DNA of 61,190 bases, counting the filler. It is 8 parts of 8 records of this genome, joined end to end, with 100 filler letters (N's around TTAATTAATTAA, not from the genome) between each part and the next. Parts side by side here need not be neighbours in the genome. Positions count along the whole stretch, not along the records: positions 49,870 to 61,190 come from SRR31156797_65226; 7 more parts are not named here. One strand, given 5' to 3'. Both the position numbers and the translations under genes were made by a program. Every line of letters starts with the position of its first letter. The first letter of the stretch is position 1. Positions 60,194-61,190 of this stretch are shown here, piece after piece. The notes under the pieces are model-generated. The model was not told where the DNA came from, did not search any database, and worked only from the letters and a program-made list of their open reading frames with translations.

Positions 60194-61111
60194 ATGGATG
60201 TATCAGTTGATTTTGCCGGACTGAAGCTTAAGAACCCCATCCTCACCGCTTCCGGAACTTTTGGATTCGGCCTTGAATTCAAGCGCTTCGGCGATCTTGA
60301 GTCACTGGGCGGAATCGTGGTTAAGGGACTTTCCCTCAAGCCGAGGGAAGGGAATCCCATGCCCAGAATTGCGGAAACTCCCTGTGGTATGCTCAATGCT
60401 ATTGGTATTCAGAATCCCGGCGTTGAGGAGTTCATCAATAAAAAGCTGCCTAAGCTACCTTGGAAAACCCTGCCTGTACTGGCTAACCTCTACGCTACCG
60501 ATGCCGAGGAATTCGGTGAACTGGCTGGAGTTCTGGCCGGGGAAGAGGGTGTAGCAGCGCTTGAGGTCAATGTTTCCTGCCCCAACGTAAAAGAGGGCGG
60601 CATCGCCTTTGGTCAGGACCCGAAGCAGATCACTAAGGTTGCCGAGGCAGTAAAGAAAAATGCCGGTAACAAGCCGGTCATTATCAAGCTTTCTCCCAAT
60701 GTTACTGATATCACTGTCTGCGCAAAAGCAGCCGAAGACGGAGGGGCGGATGCGCTTTCATTGATCAATACCCTGTCCGGTATGGCTGTTGATATTGAGC
60801 GTAGAACTCCGCGTCTTGCTAACGTAATCGGCGGTTTGTCTGGTCCTGCTGTGAAGCCCGTTGCACTTAGGTGTGTGTATCAGGCCGTAAGTGCAGTAAA
60901 AATTCCGGTCATGGGACTTGGCGGTATCACCACAGCTGAAGACGCTGCGGAGTTCCTGCTGGTCGGAGCTACGGCTGTACAGATCGGCACAGGAAACTTC
61001 CTCAGCCCTGATACTGCTTTCAAGGTAGCCGAAGAGCTGCCCAAGGTTTTGGAAAGGGTAAAAGCCGAGTCTTTGGATGAGTTTATCGGAAGTTTGCAGT
61101 TACCTAAATAG
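60194..61111 (+). CDS. pyrD: Dihydroorotate dehydrogenase class 1B catalytic subunit
   Basis: 'KNPILTASGTFG', 'NAIGIQNPG', 'NVSCPN', 'KLSPNV', 'INT', 'GGLSGPA'. Confidence 0.95.
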   Translation: MDVSVDFAGLKLKNPILTASGTFGFGLEFKRFGDLESLGGIVVKGLSLKPREGNPMPRIAETPCGMLNAIGIQNPGVEEFINKKLPKLPWKTLPVLANLYATDAEEFGELAGVLAGEEGVAALEVNVSCPNVKEGGIAFGQDPKQITKVAEAVKKNAGNKPVIIKLSPNVTDITVCAKAAEDGGADALSLINTLSGMAVDIERRTPRLANVIGGLSGPAVKPVALRCVYQAVSAVKIPVMGLGGITTAEDAAEFLLVGATAVQIGTGNFLSPDTAFKVAEELPKVLERVKAESLDEFIGSLQLPK

Positions 61112-61190
61112 GCTCATTTTTTCATTTAATTTAAAATAATTGGGAAAAGTTGAAAAAAGTGCTTGCCAAGCAAGTCTGATTTAGCTAAAT

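Noticed and set aside
1-61190. CRISPR arrays, rRNA or tRNA genes
   Set aside because: No regularly spaced direct repeats or recognisable structural RNA sequences were seen by eye. A covariance-model search was not possible.

Overview
This window is not one locus. It is eight unrelated contigs joined by artificial 100-bp linkers (N44-TTAATTAATTAA-N44). Taxonomic labels are inferred from gene content and composition. (1) 1-8863: Desulfobacterales-like Wzx/Wzy exopolysaccharide cluster. (2) 8964-14027: Bacteroidota-like tandem MacB/FtsX ABC permeases. (3) 14128-21558: sigma54-activated operon of an FGGY kinase, a class-III aminotransferase and a RuBisCO-like protein. (4) 21659-26988: alphaproteobacterial-like radical SAM gene, TRAP transporter, GntR and a ribokinase fragment. 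(5) 27089-32269: low-GC operon of DUF4956, a CotH-like kinase, a beta-helix protein and a VTC polyphosphate-polymerase domain, bracketed by two related outward-facing IS ends. (6) 32370-38614: FCB-group T9SS-sorted protein and TonB-dependent receptor. (7) 38715-49769: Fe-S oxidoreductase with an in-frame UGA plus SECIS-like hairpin, DUF2293, AEC transporter/LysR and a TetR-RND efflux operon. (8) 49870-61190: Desulfovibrionaceae-like TRAP + carbamoylase + pyrC + pyrE operon close to pyrK/pyrD. The best candidates for undescribed biology are the VTC-DUF4956-CotH module, the RLP/aminotransferase/kinase pathway and a putative orotate/carbamoyl-aspartate uptake and catabolism operon. All calls come from motif recognition only; no database searches were run.
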